Of a stretch of 64,000 bases of DNA, positions 36,814 to 47,800 are shown piece after piece. The notes beneath the pieces were generated by a model, which saw only the letters and a program-made list of their open reading frames with translations, was not told where the DNA came from and ran no database searches. Every line of letters starts with the position of its first letter. Position 1 is the first letter of the stretch. A program made the position numbers and the translations under genes. Location of the stretch: the NCBI GenBank assembly GCA_963702005.1, contig OY969696.1, positions 1,024,001-1,088,000 of the forward strand. The letters are read 5' to 3'. Source of the DNA: Candidatus Aminicenantes bacterium (GTDB lineage: Bacteria > Acidobacteriota > Aminicenantia > Aminicenantales > JAFGBC01).

Positions 36814-39183
36814 ATGAATATTCTGGGTCTGGCCCGGCACGGGCTGAACTCGTTCGAACAGATCGCGATCCTGGGCGTCCTTTTCACGGCTTTCTTCAGC
36901 CTCTTTTACGCCTGGATGCTGCGCAAGGCCGTCCTCAAGAAGGATAAGGGCACGGCCAAGATGCAGGAGGTCTGGAACGCCATCCGCATCGGCGCGGACA
37001 GCTACCTCAACCGCCAGCTCCGTAGGATCCTCCCCATAATCGGGATCCTCACGGTCGCCCTGTTCCTCAGCGTCTATATCGTTCCGGCCAGCCGTGAAGC
37101 CGTCCGCGAATTCGGCGAGCACAACGCCCAGATCATCGTGGCCATCGGCCGGACGATCGCCTTCATCATGGGCGCCTCGTTCTCCCTCCTGGTCGGGCAG
37201 CTCGGCATGCGGATGGCCATCCAGGCCAATGTCCGGGCCGCTTCGGCCGCCCGCCGGGGCTTCAACGAGGCCCTCTCCATCGCCTACTACGCGGGCACGA
37301 TAACGGGCATGCTGACGGACGGCCTGGGGCTGTTCGGCGGCACGATCATCTTCATCGTCTTCGGGACGGCCGCGCCGGACGCCCTGCTCGGCTTCGGCTT
37401 CGGCGGGACGCTCCTCGCCCTGTTCATGCGGGTCGGCGGCGGCATTTACACCAAGGCGGCCGACGTCGGCGCCGACCTCGTCGGCAAGGTCGAGAAAGAC
37501 ATCCCCGAGGACGATCCGCGGAACGCGGCGGTCATCGCCGACCTCGTCGGCGACAACGTCGGCGACTGCGCCGGAATGGCCGCGGACATCTTCGAATCCT
37601 ATGAGGTGACCATCGTCTCCGGGCTGATCCTGGGGCTGGCCCTCATGGCCATCGATCCCAGCCATTCCCTGAAGTGGATCGTCTATCCTCTCATCATCCG
37701 GGCCATCGGCGTCATCTCCTCCATCCTGGGCACGTTCACGGTCCCGATCTGGGAACGTTTCCCGCTCAAGTTCCTCCGGGCCAAGGACGCCAAGGAAGCC
37801 ATGTTCCGGTCGTATGAGGTCTCGAGCGTCAACACGATTTTCTGGTCTTTCCTCGTGGCCATCAACTACGCCCACGACTGGCGGCTGGCCATGCTGACCT
37901 CGGTCGGCGTCGGGTTGGCCGTGGCCTTCAACCCGCTGACCTCCTACTTCACCTCGACCCGAAAGAATCCGGTCAAGGAGATCGTCCGTTCGACCAAGAC
38001 CGGGCCGGCGACCACCATCCTCTCCGGTCTGTCCGTGGGGATGGAGTCGAGCGTCTGGGCCGTCGTGGCCATCGCCGTGAGCTTCATCATCGCCCTGGTC
38101 CTCTACAGCGGCACCGGCGCGACCTACGTCCTCTACGCCGTGGCCATGGTCGGCATCGGGATGCTCAGCCATACGGGCAACAACGTGGCCATGGATTCCT
38201 ACGGCCCGATCTCCGACAACGCCAACGGCATCGGCGAAATGGCCTGGCACGACTTGAACGATGAAGAGACAAAGAAAGCCCGTCAGATCATGGCCGACCT
38301 CGACGCCGTAGGGAACACGACCAAGGCCATCACCAAGGGGGTGGCTATCGCCTCGGCGGTCATCGCGGCCGTGAGCCTCTTCGCCTCCTATATCACGGAC
38401 GTCGGCCGCGTCCAGCTCCAACTCGGCATGGCCAAGGTCATGGACTCAATCCGCGTCTCCGACACCAAGGTCTTCGTCGGCCTGCTCCTGGGCGGCGCCC
38501 TGCCCTGGCTGTTCAGCTCTCTGTCGATCAAGGCCGTCTCGCGCGCGGCCGGCCTCATCGTCGAGGAAGTCCGGCGCCAGTTCCGGATCCCGGGCATGAT
38601 GGAAGGCAAGGTCAAGCCGGACTACGCCCGGGCCGTCGGGATCTCCACGGTCGCTGCCCAGAAGGAGCTCATCCCGCTGGCCATGATCTCGGTCCTGATG
38701 CCGATCGCGGTCGGCCTCATCCTCCAGGTCGAGGCCCTGGGCGGGTTCCTCGCGGGCATCATCCTGAGCGGCCAGCTCCTGGCGGTCTTCATGGCCAACG
38801 CGGGCGGCGCCTGGGATAACGCCAAGAAATCGATCGAGGACGAGCCCCGGGATATCAAGGCCAACACCGGGAAGGGCTCCGAGCGGCACAAGGCGGGCGT
38901 CGTCGGCGACACGGTCGGCGATCCCCTTAAGGACACGGCCGGGCCCGCCCTCAACCCGATGATCAAGGTCACGAACATCGTCAGCCTGATCATGGCGCCG
39001 GTGATCGTCAAGTACAGCCACATGAGCCTCGGCCTCGTCCTGGTCGTCGCGGTCCTGCTCGCCGGCGTCGTCTGGGCCATCCTGAAGAGCAAGAGGGAGG
39101 CCCCGTCGCTGTTCGCCGAGGAGAAGAAGTCCCCCGAAACTCCCGCGGCCGTTGCTCCGGCCGTCAAGAAAAAACGCCGCTGA
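36814..39183 (+). CDS. hppA: Membrane-bound pyrophosphatase, K+-independent type (probably H+-translocating)
   Basis: GGGIYTKAADVGADLVGKVE, EDDPRN, DNVGD, GNTTKA (Lys at the K+-dependence site), GDTVGDPLKD. Confidence 0.96.
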   Translation: MNILGLARHGLNSFEQIAILGVLFTAFFSLFYAWMLRKAVLKKDKGTAKMQEVWNAIRIGADSYLNRQLRRILPIIGILTVALFLSVYIVPASREAVREFGEHNAQIIVAIGRTIAFIMGASFSLLVGQLGMRMAIQANVRAASAARRGFNEALSIAYYAGTITGMLTDGLGLFGGTIIFIVFGTAAPDALLGFGFGGTLLALFMRVGGGIYTKAADVGADLVGKVEKDIPEDDPRNAAVIADLVGDNVGDCAGMAADIFESYEVTIVSGLILGLALMAIDPSHSLKWIVYPLIIRAIGVISSILGTFTVPIWERFPLKFLRAKDAKEAMFRSYEVSSVNTIFWSFLVAINYAHDWRLAMLTSVGVGLAVAFNPLTSYFTSTRKNPVKEIVRSTKTGPATTILSGLSVGMESSVWAVVAIAVSFIIALVLYSGTGATYVLYAVAMVGIGMLSHTGNNVAMDSYGPISDNANGIGEMAWHDLNDEETKKARQIMADLDAVGNTTKAITKGVAIASAVIAAVSLFASYITDVGRVQLQLGMAKVMDSIRVSDTKVFVGLLLGGALPWLFSSLSIKAVSRAAGLIVEEVRRQFRIPGMMEGKVKPDYARAVGISTVAAQKELIPLAMISVLMPIAVGLILQVEALGGFLAGIILSGQLLAVFMANAGGAWDNAKKSIEDEPRDIKANTGKGSERHKAGVVGDTVGDPLKDTAGPALNPMIKVTNIVSLIMAPVIVKYSHMSLGLVLVVAVLLAGVVWAILKSKREAPSLFAEEKKSPETPAAVAPAVKKKRR

Positions 39184-39189
39184 TATTCG

Positions 39190-39244
39190 GAATTCTGGGG
39201 ACATGAACCGAACTTCTTAGTTCGGTATCGTGTCCCCAGAATTC
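39190..39244. repeat. REP-like palindrome copy A (GGGGACA...TGTCCCC family)
   Basis: gaattctggggacatgaaccgaact-tctt-agttcggtatcgtgtccccagaattc. Confidence 0.85.
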
Positions 39245-39247
39245 ATT

Positions 39248-41617
39248 TCACTGCGCGCTGCGGATCGTCCGGATCCCGAAAACGGGACCGGCCATGTTTC
39301 CGGGCTGCGCCTGGAATTTGACCGTCAGCGACGATTTCCCGTTCGTCAACTCGCGCGGGATCTCGTAGCGGACGTCGAGGAAGCTCCCCTCTTTTTTATT
39401 CGAGATATTCTCGCTGGCGATGACCCGGCCGTTGATGAGGATGTCGAACGTCTTCTTTCCCGGAAAGCCTCCCCAGTATTCCACGACCAGGGCGCAGGGC
39501 AGATCGGGATTGACCTTGATCCGGTAAGAGAACCAGCCGTCCCGCGCCTCCCGGCTGGGCCTGTCCTTGAAGCGGTCGGGGTTCGTTTTCTCACCCTGGA
39601 ACTCGTGGTCGCGCTCGGGCTGCATCTCGCCCGGCTGGACGAAGTCGATCGTGGCCGCCTCGAGCGCTTTTTTCCTCTCGACCTCGGCCCGGTACTCCGC
39701 CTGGCGGGACTGCCAGCCCTCCTCGCTGAACAGGTCCCAGTAGATCGAATAGCGCCGATCGTGCGTCGCGTAGAACGGCTTGAGGACGACGTCGCGCGGC
39801 CGGCCGACGCCCTTGGTGCGGAACGTGTTAGGCGACCCCGCCACGGGCTCGGTCCAGTCGGCGGGCGAGCGGTCCGCCGTCATGAACACGGGAACGTACA
39901 TCGCGTCCCGCGCCGCGGGGTCCTGCTCGGGCCCGAGGTCGCCGGCCAGGACGAGGGGGCCGTACATGACGGCGGCCCGGTCGGGGTCGTCGGGCATGGA
40001 TTCGAGGCGGAGCGTGAAGGGGAGCTTGACCTCGACCCGGTCCCCCGTCTTCCAGGTCCCGCGGACGGCCACGAAGCGGCCCGCCGGCGGATCGACCCGC
40101 CGGCTCTCGCCGTTGACGAGAATCTCCATCCCCTTCTCGGCCCAGCGCGGGTAGCGGATGTTGAGCGTCAGGGCAACGGGCTTGTCGCAGCGGAATTCGA
40201 GGGTCGTTCCCTGCTCGTCGGGATAGGCGGTCTTCTGAGTGATGACCATGCCTTTTTCGCGCCAGGTCAGCTCGGCGGCGATGAACTGGCTGACGAACAA
40301 CTCCTCGTTGTTGTGATAAAAGATCGCTCCGCCGTATTTGGAGTGGTTCTCCATCCCGGTCCCGATGCAGCAGGTGAACCATTCCGGATCCTGGTAGGCC
40401 TTGAAGCCCCCCATCTCCAAAGACAGGTTGTAAACGACGCGGCCGTCCCCCGGATGCTGGGAGGACAGGATATGGTTGAAGAGGGCCCGCTCGTAAAAAT
40501 CGGCGACGTCGGCCGACGCTTCCCAACTGAAGAGGTGTTCGGAGAGCTTGAGCATATTATAGACGTTGCAGGTCTCGGTCGTGCTTTCGTCCAATCGGTC
40601 CCGCAGCTTGTCGGGCTCGCCGAAATATTCGTTGTCTCCGTGGCCGCCCGTGACGTAGGAGTGGTGATGGACGACCCGGTCCCAGAAGAACTCGGCCGCC
40701 TTCCGGTCCGTCGCGTCCCCGCTGAGCTCGTAGCGGCGGGCCAGCCCGATGAGCTTGGGGATATTCGTGTTGCCGTGCTTGCCGGGCAGAATGTCGACGC
40801 CGGCGGCCAGCGGATCGAGGATGGCCTTGTGCTGGAAGGTTCGAGACAAACGGAGCCAGCGCTCGTCGCCCGTATCGGCGTAGAGGTCGGCCAGGACTTC
40901 GTTGATGCCGCCGTGCTCGCAGGCCAACATGGTCTGGATTTGGTCTGGCGTCAATCCCTTCACGACGCCCTCGATCCAGCCGGCCAGCTTCAGGGCGATC
41001 TCGAGGGCCGTTTTGTTTCCGCAGAGCCGATAGGCGTCCCTGAGTCCGGCCAGGACTTTATGATGGACGTAGAACGGCACCCACAGCCCGTTGAGGTCGA
41101 ACCCCTTGGAGCGGATGTTCCCCTTGGCGACTTCATCCATGAGGATCCGTTTGCCGTTCGGGATGGCCCCGACATACCCGTCGGGGTCCGCGTCCTGGCA
41201 GATCTTAAGCTGCCCGACGATATAATCGACTCGTTCCAGGAACTGCTTATCGCCCGTCGCCCGGTACATGATGGCGCAGGCGCTCAGATAATGGCCCAGG
41301 CTGTGGCCCGCGATCGTGTCGCGTTCCCAGCCGCCGTAGGGCTCGGCCTTGGGCTTGAGTCCCGCCTCGCTGAAGAACTTCGAGAGCAGACGGTCGGGCT
41401 GATAACGAAGCAGGGAGGCGCGATTGAGCTCGAGGGCGTGCTTGAACGGCCCGTCAAGGAGCTTGACGTCCTTCAGGTCGAAAGCGAGCGCCCGGAACGG
41501 CACGACTTCGCGTCCGTCGGTCTTGATGGTGGGCGTGCCCCGCTCTTGACAGGCGGCGAGAAGGGATAGAAGGAAGAGAGCCTGTAACGAGAAAATAGTC
41601 CTGGCCGTCTTCGGCAT
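39248..41617 (-). CDS. GH127/GH146-type beta-L-arabinofuranosidase-like lipoprotein (DUF1680)
   Basis: Lipobox LAAC, YGGWE...GHSLGHYLSA, EHGG.NE, ETCNVYNMLKL, FTCC.GTG.E. RBS aggagagg. Confidence 0.9.
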   Translation of the reverse strand: MPKTARTIFSLQALFLLSLLAACQERGTPTIKTDGREVVPFRALAFDLKDVKLLDGPFKHALELNRASLLRYQPDRLLSKFFSEAGLKPKAEPYGGWERDTIAGHSLGHYLSACAIMYRATGDKQFLERVDYIVGQLKICQDADPDGYVGAIPNGKRILMDEVAKGNIRSKGFDLNGLWVPFYVHHKVLAGLRDAYRLCGNKTALEIALKLAGWIEGVVKGLTPDQIQTMLACEHGGINEVLADLYADTGDERWLRLSRTFQHKAILDPLAAGVDILPGKHGNTNIPKLIGLARRYELSGDATDRKAAEFFWDRVVHHHSYVTGGHGDNEYFGEPDKLRDRLDESTTETCNVYNMLKLSEHLFSWEASADVADFYERALFNHILSSQHPGDGRVVYNLSLEMGGFKAYQDPEWFTCCIGTGMENHSKYGGAIFYHNNEELFVSQFIAAELTWREKGMVITQKTAYPDEQGTTLEFRCDKPVALTLNIRYPRWAEKGMEILVNGESRRVDPPAGRFVAVRGTWKTGDRVEVKLPFTLRLESMPDDPDRAAVMYGPLVLAGDLGPEQDPAARDAMYVPVFMTADRSPADWTEPVAGSPNTFRTKGVGRPRDVVLKPFYATHDRRYSIYWDLFSEEGWQSRQAEYRAEVERKKALEAATIDFVQPGEMQPERDHEFQGEKTNPDRFKDRPSREARDGWFSYRIKVNPDLPCALVVEYWGGFPGKKTFDILINGRVIASENISNKKEGSFLDVRYEIPRELTNGKSSLTVKFQAQPGNMAGPVFGIRTIRSAQ

Positions 41618-41747
41618 GATCACCTCTCCTGGCGCGTGACTGGGGCCGGCCGAATCCGGTGGCCTCCCTACGGGAAGCCATCGGAAGCGGCGGCCTTGGA
41701 CTAGGATAGCCATACGCGCCGTGTACGTCAACGCAAAAGACAACTGG

Positions 41748-41801
41748 AATTCTGGGGACATGAACCGAATCTCTTGATTCGGTATCGTGTCCCCAGAATT
41801 C
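41748..41801. repeat. REP-like palindrome copy B
   Basis: gaattctggggacatgaaccgaatc-tctt-gattcggtatcgtgtccccagaattc. Confidence 0.85.
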
Positions 41802-41889
41802 TGTGTCCCAGGTCGTTTAAATTTTCTGAAGCTAGGGCGAGGGATAGTCGATGAAGAAGGCCGTATGAGAGGCGGAGCGGGCATAGTCT

Positions 41890-41940
41890 GATTTGGGGAC
41901 ACGTTACCGATTTAAGAAAATCGGCACATGTCCCCAAATC
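41890..41940. repeat. REP-like palindrome copy C (inverted relative to A and B)
   Basis: Reverse complement reads gatttggggacatgtgccgattt-tctt-aaatcggtaacgtgtccccaaatc. Confidence 0.8.
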
Positions 41941-41943
41941 TCA

Positions 41944-44634
41944 TCAGAGCCTGAAACAATAGCTGAACTTGACCAGGAAGACGTTTCCGGGGTGGACGTC
42001 GAAGAGGTCGCGGAAGCCGTCCCCGAAGGCGAACTGGCCGGTATGGTCAAAACCCGTCCGGTCCTGCGACCAGACCAGATAGAGGACCGAGCCGGGGAGG
42101 TATTCCCAGCGGATGACCAGGTTCGACCGGAACTGAAAGAAGTTGAAGTTCGGGTTGGGGAATGAATAGTCGGCCAGGCCGTCGCCGTTTTCGTCGATGT
42201 TATAAACCCCTTCGACCGGGTCGGAGGAGATTTCTCCGGGCCCGAAGAGATGAAAGCGACCTTCGAGGGTGGCCGCGCGAGAGTCCGTGATGCGCTTGAA
42301 TTTCGAGTAGGTCCCCGCCGATATATAGGGCATGCCGTAGTACTGGATCGAGAGCTCGGGCGTCAGGCTCCAGTTGAGCCGGACGGTCAGCCCGACCGTT
42401 TTCTGGCCGAGGGCGGCCATGATATAGCGGGGCTCGTCGCCGCGCGCGCATTGAGTGACCCACTGGAGCATGGGCTTATAGACTTCGAACTGGGGGCTCA
42501 GGGTTAAAGTCAGGGCGTTCGAAGCCTGGTAGGTGACGCCGACCGAGAGACTCCGGTCCGACATATAGCCCCGGTCGCCTTGGTAGCTCGATCCCATGAA
42601 GTTGTATTGAAATTTTCGCCGCGTATCGGAACTGAGCTGGCCCCACATGTTCCAGCCGCCCTGGGTGCGGAGGGACGGGCCGCCCCTCAGGGCCGTGGCC
42701 GACAAGCCGGGGAACTGGCGGTTGATTCCAAGCCCGAACTGCCAGTAATTCTTGAACCGTCCCCAGAAATTGACGTTCCCGCCCATGAAGATCCGCTCGC
42801 CCCCGAAATTCAGGCCGACCCATTGGTTAAAGTTGACCTGGACTTCGCGGAAGACGCTGAAGGGCTTCCACCACCGGTAGCCGGCCCAGAAGTACTGCAT
42901 GGCGGCGTCGGCGTAGCGGGTGTAGCCCATGTCGTTGACCTCGAACCCGGGCGAGCGCCAAGTGACGCCCGTCGAAAAACTGAGATGGCCGCTCCCGGAT
43001 TTATTGAAGGTCAATGTCCCGCCGTGTCCGCTCAGCGAACGCCGCGCCGGGTCGAGCTTGAGATAATCGGCGTCGGGGCGCTGGAAATAGCGAAGCGAGG
43101 AGAGCTGCGTCCGGAGCAGGGCCTCCTCGCTCCCGCGGACCAGGCTGAAGGCGGTCATGAATTGAATCGAATAGGTCCGGTTCTTCCAGGTGTGGTTGAT
43201 GTCGAACCCGCCGGCGTAGGCGGCGCTGTGGAGGAAATCCAGCTCGTCGCCCTTGAGGTTCCGGTTCACGGCCGTGATGATTCCCCCTACAACGGTGTCG
43301 CCGTGGTGATAATCCTTCTGAAACCGGAGGCCAAGGTAGTTCGTAGCCGGCTCGACCGGCTCCTGACGCGTCAGGCCGGAGAAGCTCAAGTCGGCATACT
43401 CGGCCGCGGTCACGGCGTCGATGACGCCGATCGAGACGCCCGAGCGGGTTTTGCCGGTCAGCTTGAAAGCGCCGATAATATTGGTGCTGCTGGGCATGTC
43501 GACGTATTCGCCCTGGCCGACCTCGACTTCGCGCTGGGGATAGCGCCCGATCCGGCGCGAGTAGAAGAGGTTGTCCTGGGAGAAGTCGCCGTCTCCGCCC
43601 AGCATATCGAAGCTGATGATGTTCCGGCCCTCGATGAAGAAAGGCCGCTTTTCCTCGTAGTAGGTCTCAAAGGCCGTCAAGTTGACGACCGAGGGGTCGG
43701 CCTCGACCTGGCCGAAGTCGGGGTAGATCGTGAAGTCGAGGGTCAGGTCGCTGGTGACGCCGACCTTGCCGTCCAGGCCGCCGAACAGGCTCGAGCGGCT
43801 TCCGGTGGCGAACGGATTGCCCGGTTCGGCCCGGAAAGCCCGGGTGCGGCCGACCGAATAGGGGGTGAGCTCGACCTGACGTTGCGGCCTGAGGCCGTCG
43901 AGTCCGCGCAGCTCGCCGAAGCAGTGGACTAAGCCCGAGGCGTCGCGAGGGATGAACTGCCAGAAGGAGGTCTCCTGGCTGCGGAAGAATTTGCGATTGA
44001 CCTGGACACCCCAGCTGCTTTGGGCGCCGCCGGCGTAGCGGAGCTGGGACAAGGGGATCCTCATCTCGGCCGTCCAGCCCTCCCCGTCCACGGCCGTCTC
44101 GGCGTCCCAGATCGGGTTCCAGTCCGGGTCTTCGACCTGGCCGTCGCCGGACAGGAACAAATCGGACTTGACACCGGCCGCGTTGACCATGAAGCAGAAG
44201 GCGGAGAGGTGGTCGTAGTAGCTGTCGAGCTGGATCTCGACCCAATCGCCGTCGACGGTGTCGCGCCGGGCCAGGCGCCGCACGATCTTCCCCGGCTCAT
44301 TGTCATGGGCTCGGATCGCGACATACAGGTTTTTCTCGTCGTAGAGAATCTTGAAGGATGTCTGCTGGGTCGGGGCCTTTCCCTCGTTGGGTTCGCGCTG
44401 GACGAAATCGCCGGCCCACTCGACCTTGGCCCAGGCCGGATCGTCGAGGCGGGCGTCGATAACCGGGGCGTGGGGGTTGACGGCGTGCGTCGTATAGACT
44501 TTTTTGACGGGGGGCTCGGCCGCTTTCAGATAGGCCGGGAGGCCTAAGCCAAAAATGAGCGCCGCCCCTATCAGCAGGCCCGTCGGAGACGCTAAAGGCC
44601 TGATAGAGCCCGTTTTTCCGGTTTTCGCCGCCAT
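41944..44634 (-). CDS. CBM9-like plus DUF5916 outer-membrane protein
   Basis: PVIDARLDDPAW, WTAEMRIPLSQLRY, PDFGQVEAD, EKRPFFIEG, LFYSRRIG, C-terminal FLVKFSY. Confidence 0.88.
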   Translation of the reverse strand: MAAKTGKTGSIRPLASPTGLLIGAALIFGLGLPAYLKAAEPPVKKVYTTHAVNPHAPVIDARLDDPAWAKVEWAGDFVQREPNEGKAPTQQTSFKILYDEKNLYVAIRAHDNEPGKIVRRLARRDTVDGDWVEIQLDSYYDHLSAFCFMVNAAGVKSDLFLSGDGQVEDPDWNPIWDAETAVDGEGWTAEMRIPLSQLRYAGGAQSSWGVQVNRKFFRSQETSFWQFIPRDASGLVHCFGELRGLDGLRPQRQVELTPYSVGRTRAFRAEPGNPFATGSRSSLFGGLDGKVGVTSDLTLDFTIYPDFGQVEADPSVVNLTAFETYYEEKRPFFIEGRNIISFDMLGGDGDFSQDNLFYSRRIGRYPQREVEVGQGEYVDMPSSTNIIGAFKLTGKTRSGVSIGVIDAVTAAEYADLSFSGLTRQEPVEPATNYLGLRFQKDYHHGDTVVGGIITAVNRNLKGDELDFLHSAAYAGGFDINHTWKNRTYSIQFMTAFSLVRGSEEALLRTQLSSLRYFQRPDADYLKLDPARRSLSGHGGTLTFNKSGSGHLSFSTGVTWRSPGFEVNDMGYTRYADAAMQYFWAGYRWWKPFSVFREVQVNFNQWVGLNFGGERIFMGGNVNFWGRFKNYWQFGLGINRQFPGLSATALRGGPSLRTQGGWNMWGQLSSDTRRKFQYNFMGSSYQGDRGYMSDRSLSVGVTYQASNALTLTLSPQFEVYKPMLQWVTQCARGDEPRYIMAALGQKTVGLTVRLNWSLTPELSIQYYGMPYISAGTYSKFKRITDSRAATLEGRFHLFGPGEISSDPVEGVYNIDENGDGLADYSFPNPNFNFFQFRSNLVIRWEYLPGSVLYLVWSQDRTGFDHTGQFAFGDGFRDLFDVHPGNVFLVKFSYCFRL

Positions 44635-44804
44635 CTCGAACCTCTTTCCGTCCCGAGTGACCATTCAGAGGTATATACTCGGATAGGCCCGAAAAGGTTG
44701 ACAGGCTATCCCATTTTAGATTCGGCGGGCCGGGGCGATAGGATTGACTTCCCCCCCGGAAAACCATAATCTAAAGACATCCTCGGAGGGGAGATCAGGG
44801 GCGC

Positions 44805-47800
44805 ATGAAGTGCCCGATATGTAACACCGATAATCCTTCCGGCTCGAAGTTCTGCCGGGAGTGTGCCACTCCCATCCCGGCCGAAGCATCGGGGAGGGGG
44901 GTCCGCGCCTCCTTCACCCGAACGCTTGAAACGCCGTCCGAGGAGCTCGCGCGGGGGACGCTGTTCGCCGGCCGCTACGAGATCATCGAGGAGCTGGGCC
45001 ACGGCGGTATGGGCCGGGTCTACAAGGTCTTCGACGCCGACATCAAGGAGAAAATCGCCCTCAAGGTCCTGCGGCCCGAAATCGCCCTGGACAAGGAGAC
45101 CGTTGAGCGCTTCTCGAACGAACTGAAGCTCGCGCGGAAGATCAGCCACCGGAACGTCTGCCGCATGTTCGACCTGGGCAAGGCCGAGAGTACGACCTTC
45201 ATCACGATGGAGTTCGTGCCCGGCGAGGACCTGAAGAAGCTCATCCGCAAAACAGGCCAGCTCGGGGCGGGCCGGGCCGTATCGATCGCCAAGCAGGTCT
45301 GCGAAGGCTTAGCGGAGGCCCACGGCCTGGGCATCGTCCACCGCGACCTGAAGCCCCAGAATATCATGGTGGACGAGGACGGAAACGCCCGGATCATGGA
45401 CTTCGGCATCGCCCGCTCGATCAAAGCCAAAGGCATCACGGGCGCCGGGGTGATGATCGGGACGCCGGAGTACATGTCGCCGGAGCAGGTGGAGGGCAAG
45501 GAGGTCGATCAACGCTCGGATATCTATTCCCTGGGCATCATCCTCTACGAGATGCTGACCGGCCATGTGCCGTTCGAGGGCGACACGCCGTTCACGATCG
45601 GGGTCAAGCACAAAAGCGAAACCCCGCGCGACCCCCGCGACCTGAACACCCAGATCCCCCAGGACCTCGACCGCCTGGTCCTCAGATGCTTGGAAAAAGA
45701 AAAGGCGAAGCGCTACCAAAGCGCCATTGATCTCCACGCCGACCTGGAGAAGGTCGAGCAGGGCCTGCCGACGACCGAGCGCGTCGTCTCAAAGCGGAAG
45801 CCGTTCACCTCGCGGGAGATCACCGTCAAGTTCAACCTCAAAAAGCTCGTCCTGCCGTTGTCGGCCGTTATCGTGCTGGCCGCCGCGGCCGTCTTTCTCT
45901 GGAAATTCATCCCTCACAAGAAGGCGCCTGCCGCGCCCAAGATCGAGAACTCGATCGCCGTGATCAGCTTCGAAAATCAGACCGGTGACAAAAGCTATGA
46001 CTACCTCCAAAAAGCCATCCCCAATCTTCTCATCACCAGCCTTGAGCAGAACGGCGGCGCCTATGTCGCCACCTGGGAGCGGCTGCGCGACCTTCTGAAA
46101 CAAATGGGACAAGGGGAAAAGGACACGATCGAGGCCGACGTCGGCTTCGAGCTCTGCCGCCGGGAAGGCATTCAGGCCCTCGTCCTGGGAAGCTACGTGA
46201 AAGCCGGCGATATGTTCGCCCTGGATGTCAAGGTGCTGGACGTTGAGACGAAAAAGCTTCTCAAGAGCTCCGGTTCAAAGGGCAAGGGGGTGGATAGTAT
46301 CCTTGAGAGCCAAATCGACGAACTATCGCGGGAGATATGGCAGGGAATCGGATTGTCGGCCGTGGGATTTGAATTCGCCCCAACAAAAGTGGCAAATGTC
46401 ACGACCACCTCCATGGAGGCTTACAACTATTTTCTGAAGGGTGACGAAGAGCTCAACAGACTGCATTGGGAACGTGGCCGTCAATTTCTTGCCAAGGCGG
46501 TTGAGCTCGATCCGACTTTTGCCCTAGCCCATCTTTGGCTCTCCGACACCTTCCTCGCTTCGGGCGATCACAGGGCTTGGCGTGAAGAACTCGAGTTAGC
46601 AAAAAAATACTCAGAGAAAGCCACGGAAAAAGAAAAGCTCTACATCGAAGCCAATTATGCCCGCGATATAAAAAAGGACTCCCTCGCCTATTTAAACCTG
46701 ATGGAGCAATTGGTACAAAAATACCCCAAAGAAAAACAATTCCATTTTGATCTTGGCGCTATTCTCCTGAATACGGACTTGCCCAGGGCGATTGAGGAAA
46801 TCACCAAAGCCTTGGAACTTGATCCCCAATTTGGACCCGCTTCAAATGAACTAGCCATAATTTACAGAGGAACAGGGGATTACGAGAAATCACTTGAATT
46901 GTTCAGAAGATCTGCCGCCCTTTATCCCGGCGATGCCGATCCGCTCGATTCCATGGCCTGGACGTATCTCCGGATGGGCGATCTCGACCAGGCCCGAGCG
47001 AAATTCAAAGAAGCTCTTGAGGCCGAACCTGATTTTTTTTGGTCGCTCAAGGGAATATTCTATGTTTCTGCTCTAAGCCAGGATTATCCCGAAGCGAAGA
47101 AATGGGCCGACCATCTCATTTCCATGGTCAAATCCCCGGGACTGATCATGGAGGGATATTGGCACCGGGCATTGTTGGAGTTTTGGCTGGGTCAGATCAA
47201 AAGGGCCTCGGAGACGCTTCGGGAAGCCGGCGACCTGGCCGATAAGATATCCAACAAGAACGCCCGGATTTTCGCGGATTATATCAAAAGTTGCATCCAC
47301 TTTGAGAGAGGCGAGTTCGAGCTCGGCCGGAAATACCTTCAAGCCTGCTGGGACTATGAGACCCGGACATATCCGGACACACGGGCATTCAACAAGATCA
47401 TCTACGCTTACGAGCTGGGCCTCATTGAGCTCGAACTCGGGCGAATCGATTCGGTCAGATCGAGAGTGGCGAATATCAAAGCCTACCTCACGAAGCCCAG
47501 GGCTGAGTTCACCTGGGACCTTTCCCATTATTATGATCTTCTATCCGCGGAGATATTGTTGCGGGAGGGCGCGGCCAAGGCGGCCATAGGCCTCCTTGCC
47601 AAGATGCCGCCTCAAAGACCGCCCGTATCTTACGGACAAATCTCTCTAATCGCCTATAACCTGCCTTCCTTTAAAGATACGCTGGCTCGGGCTTACCAAC
47701 AGAATGGAGAAATCGACAAGGCCATTGCCGAGTATGAGCGCCTGATCACCATCGGCCCGCAAAATATCTCGCGCGCTCTTATCCATCCCCTCAATTATTA

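Noticed and set aside
41640-41700. Long stem-loop in the GH127 leader
   Set aside because: Single GC-rich hairpin with no second copy or alternative pairing; not distinguishable from chance here.
41618-41902. N-terminal extension of the GH127 ORF in the track (similarly 36606-36887, 27396-27662, 57592-58062, 18715-18822)
   Set aside because: Extensions cross promoters, palindromes or neighbouring genes; downstream starts fit RBS, signal peptides or domain boundaries better.
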